In this document: piece by piece, positions 52,126-56,873 of the stretch
Position numbering within the stretch: position 1 is the stretch's first letter
Layout of the letters: each line of letters begins with the position of its first letter
NCBI RefSeq assembly: GCF_004010195.1
Contig: NC_057718.1
Span: 49,992,575-50,049,447 of the forward strand
Length of the DNA stretch: 56,873 nucleotides
Direction: 5' to 3'
From: Chiloscyllium plagiosum
Lineage: Eukaryota
Translations under genes and position numbers: made by a program
The notes under the pieces: model-generated
What the model was told of the DNA's origin: nothing
The model's input: only the letters and a program-made list of their open reading frames with translations
The model's database searches: none

Positions 52126-52856
52126 TATTGTTCATCAAAATGTCAGAATTCTTCCCCTAAAGCACATTAATGTTTATTTAATCAAAGTAAACAGTCAACT
52201 TAGTGTCAACAACATAGAAAATTCTTAGTTTAAATGGTGAGTAGTTGTGTGGACATAAAATTAGCTAGCGTACAGGAAGCAAAGTAGTGATAAAATTTGT
52301 TTTGCGATTGGAAGGAAGTCTGCACTGTTTTTCCTCAGGGCTGATTACTAGAACTACTGCTCTTTTTGAGTAGGTTAATCATCTCAGCTTCTAAGCATTG
52401 GTATCTAATAAACTGTCATCATCAGGCAGAGGATCAAATAGTATGTGTGGGTAATAAAAGCCATGTGTGGTGCTGACTGCTGGAATGGCTAACATCTTAT
52501 CATTTCAAAGCTGCACACCATGATCTATTTCGCTAGATGCTGCCAGAGCATGAAGATCTAGAATCTCTTTCAGAGAAACATGTGACAGAAATTGTGCACT
52601 CACCACTCCACGCCCGGCCTTATATGAAGGAGGTGAGCAGTGTGGTCCTGGAAAGGGCTGCTCACACACTCAGACGACTGCCGAGGTCAACTTCTGCTTC
52701 CTTCCAGTGAGAAGCTATCCTATGTCCTGAGCAACAAGTGAGCAGGTCGGTGGCTACAGTTCCCAATGAATCCACATCGAATGCATACGTTGCTTGCCCA
52801 GCAGACCTCCGACAGATAGATGATTCTGATAAACATTAGAAAGATGATGGATATGA

Positions 52857-52985
52857 AAGTTTGTGAGAAGATTTGTAGCTCGGGTGCTCGTTGCTGTGGT
52901 TCTGTTCGCCGAGCTGGAAGTTTTTGTTGCAAACGTTTCGTCCCCTGTCTAGGTGACATCCTCAGTGCTTGGGAGCCTCCTGTGA
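52857..52985 (-). mobile_element. Short PLE terminal insertion (subfamily B) with hammerhead motif
   Basis: Minus gcactgaggatgtcacctagacaggggacgaaacgtttgc; 13-bp TSD atgatggatatga at 52844-52856 and 52986-52998. Confidence 0.9.
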
Positions 52986-53076
52986 ATGATGGATATGATT
53001 TAATTATGGTGAGGGAATATTGCACATTGTCAGTCTTATTTGTATGGATCTAACTTGATCAAGTGGCAGCTTAGGC

Positions 53077-53169
53077 CTGATCAAGGGCTTATGCCCGAAA
53101 CATTGACTCTCCTTCTCCTTGAATGCTGCCTGACCTGCTGTGCTTTTCCAGCACCCCACTATTCGACCC
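53077..53169 (+). mobile_element. Diverged short PLE terminal insertion (subfamily A)
   Basis: ctgatcaagggcttatgcccgaaacatt plus subfamily tail; diverged direct repeat tggcagcttaggcctgatca / tggcaacttaagcctaatca. Confidence 0.75.
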
Positions 53170-53489
53170 TGGCAACTTAAGCCTAATCAGCTGACAATCG
53201 ATCTGGCTTCAGTGGATGTGTTCCACGTCTTGTAAGAACCACAGCATGATGATGACCTGCTATCAAAACCACTTGAATTTAGATTAGTTTCAGTCACGTA
53301 GTCAACTACAATCAGTCTTGCAAGAGCAGACAAACCGCTAAGTCACTAACTTTAGGAGATCCAATGGTTACCTGCAGCTTGATTGTCCTGTTTGTCAAAG
53401 ATATACATTTTGAAAATTTCGTATGTGACTACATTAACTTTAATGAAACAAAGAACAACAAGTTGAGTTATTAAAATTGTTAGATATTA

Positions 53490-53665
53490 AAAATAAAAAC
53501 AGAAATTGCTGTAAAGGTTCAGCAGGTCTAGTAGCATCTGTAGAGAGATGTTAATGTTTGAGTTGAATGACCTTTTCTCAGAACTGCCTGACCTGCTGAG
53601 CTTTTTCCAGCAATTTCTATTTTTGTTTCTGATTTACAGTATCCACAGTTCTTTTGGTTTTTAGA
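53490..53665. mobile_element. Old fold-back PLE terminal fragment
   Basis: acagaaattgctg..cagcaggtc inverted against gacctgctgag..cagcaatttct; flanked by ttagatat(t)aaaaataa direct repeats. Confidence 0.6.
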
Positions 53666-53859
53666 TATAAAAATAATTTGAACTAGCTTTACATTAACGT
53701 GGAAGCTGAAGGAATAAAATGGAGAATTCTGAACCCTTCTGTAAGTGAGGCTTGAGATTGTGTGGACACAAATATTTGAAGGTGTTATGACAATCGAGAG
53801 ACCAATTAAAAAATCTAAATAATCAAAATCGTTCCCTCTAAACCTAAAATCACAACATA

Positions 53860-54420
53860 TCAGTATGAAGAGGTTATGGTAATCCTTTGTGTAAGCTGGA
53901 GCATTGTTCAGGTCTGAGCACCACACTGCCGAACAGACGTTAGGGTCTTAGAATGCCAAAGAGATTTACTGGAGGCATACTAGAGATGAAAGACTTAAAT
54001 TCCGTGGAAAGATTGAAAATCTGGCCTCATTCTTTTTAAAACTGAGAAGCTTAAGAAGAGATCTACTGGCAATGTTCTGACTTATGAGTTGTTTTGATCA
54101 AGATAAACTGTATCTAGTGGCAGAAAAGCAGGTAAGTGAAGAACACATTTTTAATTAATGACAAGATTGATTGGTTGAAAGAAAATGAGGACAGAAAGGA
54201 AGGAACATTTTACAGAGCAAGTCGCGATTTAGAATGCGTTGTCTGATCGGGAGGTGAAAGCAGATTCAATGGTAACTCTCAAAGATGAATTGATTAATCC
54301 TTAAAGTGTAAAAAAAATCTTGTAAGGCCTTGGGGAAAGAGCAAGGCAATGGGATTAGTTGGATTGTTCTATCAAAGAAGTGGTATATCCTACTTCTGTG
54401 CTATGCCACTCGATGACTTA
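53860..54420 (+). mobile_element. Highly diverged CR1 3' fragment
   Basis: ctggagcattgttcaggtctgagcacc (LEYCVQFW-like) and a CR1-like 3' UTR. Confidence 0.55.
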
Positions 54421-56035
54421 ATATGTTCTCAGCATCAGTGAGAAGTAAAAATGAAATGCGTAGAAAATTTAATTTTACTATGACTTGTAAATAACATTAC
54501 ATCATATAAACCTCAAAACATTACACAATAGGCTGCATTTACATTTATAACCATTCACTTACAGGGAAGGTTCTACATCTGTTGTGCGGAGGGTAATGAG
54601 AGAAAAAGGGTGGAATTTTCTTTTTTTTGTGAACGTCTATTTTATAGTTACTCACAAACTATTAATAATTGAATAAGGAATCAAAATGTTTGCTTGTGAA
54701 GAACGTTTTCCTAATTTATTTCTGTGTTGAATCGAAGCCCTGTGACAGATGTGACAACATTTGATATTTATAGTGCAACGTGGAATCAGCCAAATAATCC
54801 AGCTGCATGCAACTCATACTGAACTCAGAGACAGTAGAGCTCTGTGCATAAATTCATCCAAACAGCTGAAATTATTAATATCTTTTAAAGTATTGACAGC
54901 AGGGCTGATTATGCCCCAATGTTATGAAGGAGTAACGTATTCATTGCCAGCTGGTGTACTCATGCTCCTAGGTAATTTTCAACCCATTTTAAGCTCTGCT
55001 ACTACATTCTAATTCACACCAGGTTCCATTCCATTGAACCTACAAGTCCAGCAAGTTAAAAGTGAAACTCCTCAACCTCCTGTTCAATCCCGTAGTAAGA
55101 TTAGATCTGCACTCAGGTGAGTAACAGAATGGAATTCCACCAACACAGCTCTCAGTTCCATGTAATTTTACCTCTCTATGACATAGCCCTTATCCACACG
55201 ATCAGTATCTGCTCTTAGAGTAAAAGCATAGTTTACTCTTTACTTCACAATCCACCCTCCCCACAAATTCACTCTTCCCACAAACTATTAACATCATGAA
55301 CTATTTTTCCTCAAATGCCTATTCCTGACAACCCCCAAGTCACCTTCATCAGAATTATCAATCTCCAAATGCATCCTCAGCTCTCTTGGGGAATGAGTAG
55401 AGTGTATTTGCTCCTTTTGTGTTCTCTTGGAAGGTAAGCTCATTGGTGGAGCGGGAAGACAACTTCTTATGACAGCTAGTTCCCAAACTGTGACACTTAC
55501 AGACACGTAGGTATAACAGCACAGGAGATCAATAATGAAAAAACTGATTCAAGAAGCAACACTCCACCACTCAAACATTCAAAATCCCTTGAAAAGGATG
55601 ATGATGAAGTAGGATACACTCTCTCATTTCTTATTAGTTTGCTAGTGACTCTAGCGTTGACTTTAGGAGTCAAAAACAAGAATGAAGAACATTCTGGAGA
55701 CAAGGAAATGAGAACTTTTCAATCACCCTCAGACTAAAGATTTTTTCTTCCCGTAGGTACTAATAACAGGTCCACATTGGCTTCAGCACTAGGCTATTGT
55801 GAAGCAAGCAATGGCATTTTCGGTATTTCATTAGAAAATAGGAATATATCTTTATCAACAATAGAATAAACTTCTGGACCAGATCTACAGCAAGTTGTGC
55901 CTAGTATACTGGCTTGCAGAATTACTTGGAAAGTAAACCTTATTATCAAGTATCTTCTCAATAAAAATCTCATTAATGACAGGAAGACAGTTAGTGTGAG
56001 TCCTTCAGACAATGGCTCTGTAGCTTGATTTTGCA

Positions 56036-56873
56036 ATGTCCGGGATCCCCGCATTGCCCGATTCTACCTCCTTCCCAAGATCCACAAGTCTGACCACCCT
56101 GGCCGACCCATTGTCTCAGCCTGCTCCTGCCCCACAGAACTCATCTTCACCTACCTCAATACTGTCCTATCTCCCCTAGTCCAGGAACTCCCCACATACG
56201 TTCGAGACACCACCCACGCCCTCCACCTCCTCCAAGACTTCCGTTTCCCCAGCCTCAGCGCCTCATCTTCACCATGGACATCCAATCCCTCTACACCTCA
56301 TCCACCGTGACCAGGGCCTCCAAGCCCTCTGTTTCTTCCTCTCCCAACATCCCCAACAGTACCCTTCCACTGACACTCTCATTCGTTTCGCTGAACTGGT
56401 CCTCACCCTCAACAATTTTTCCTTCGAATCCTCCCACTTCTCCAGACCAAAGGGGTAGCTATGGGCACCCGTGTGGCCACCAGCTATGTCTGTCTCTTTG
56501 TCAGCTACATAGAACAGTCCATCTTCCATAATTACGCCGGCACCACTCCCCACCTCTCCCTCTGCTACATTGATGACTACATCGGCGCCACCTCGTGCTC
56601 CTGCGAAGAGGTTGAGCAGCTCATCAACTTCACCAACACATTCCACCCCGACCTTACATTCACCTGGACCATCTCAGCCAGCTCCCTCCCCTTCCTGGAC
56701 CTCTCCGTCTCCATTTCCGGTGACCAACTAACCACGAGCATCTACCACAAACCACTGAATCCCACAGCTACCTGGACTACACAGCCTCCCACCCTGCCTC
56801 CTGTAAAAACATCAACTCGGCACCGTCCTCTTGACCTATCATCTTTCCCATCATTCTCAGCCAACTTCCCCCC
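56036..56873 (+). mobile_element. Penelope-like element reverse transcriptase (frameshifted; runs to window end)
   Basis: FYLLPKIHK..PGRPIVS, FTMDIQSLYT, QTKGVAMG, YIDD, FTNTFHP, LPFLDL, IYHKP, YLDY..SHP: canonical PLE RT motifs. Confidence 0.95.

Overview
Repeat-dense, AT-rich vertebrate genomic DNA with no intact protein-coding gene that I can support. The repeat repertoire points to a cartilaginous fish, probably a shark (inference): HE1-like tRNA SINEs, CR1/HER1 LINEs, DeuSINE/SacSINE-like relics, Rex1/Babar and Tx1 LINEs, Harbinger DNA transposons and many Penelope-like elements (PLEs). The strongest signal is a set of more than a dozen PLE-derived insertions from about four subfamilies. 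Most carry a minimal hammerhead-ribozyme motif (CTGANGA-stem-GAAAC-GTH), many are flanked by 10-16 bp target-site duplications (TSDs), and several fold back into palindromes that break at the ribozyme core. Other points: an ORF1-only Tx1 insertion with a poly(A) tail and TSD; a ~3.9 kb composite bounded by PLE ends; two local inverted duplications of unique DNA; and several stop-riddled, coding-like islands, mostly on the minus strand, that may be a decayed large-exon gene. Family names come from motif recognition only; no database search was run.
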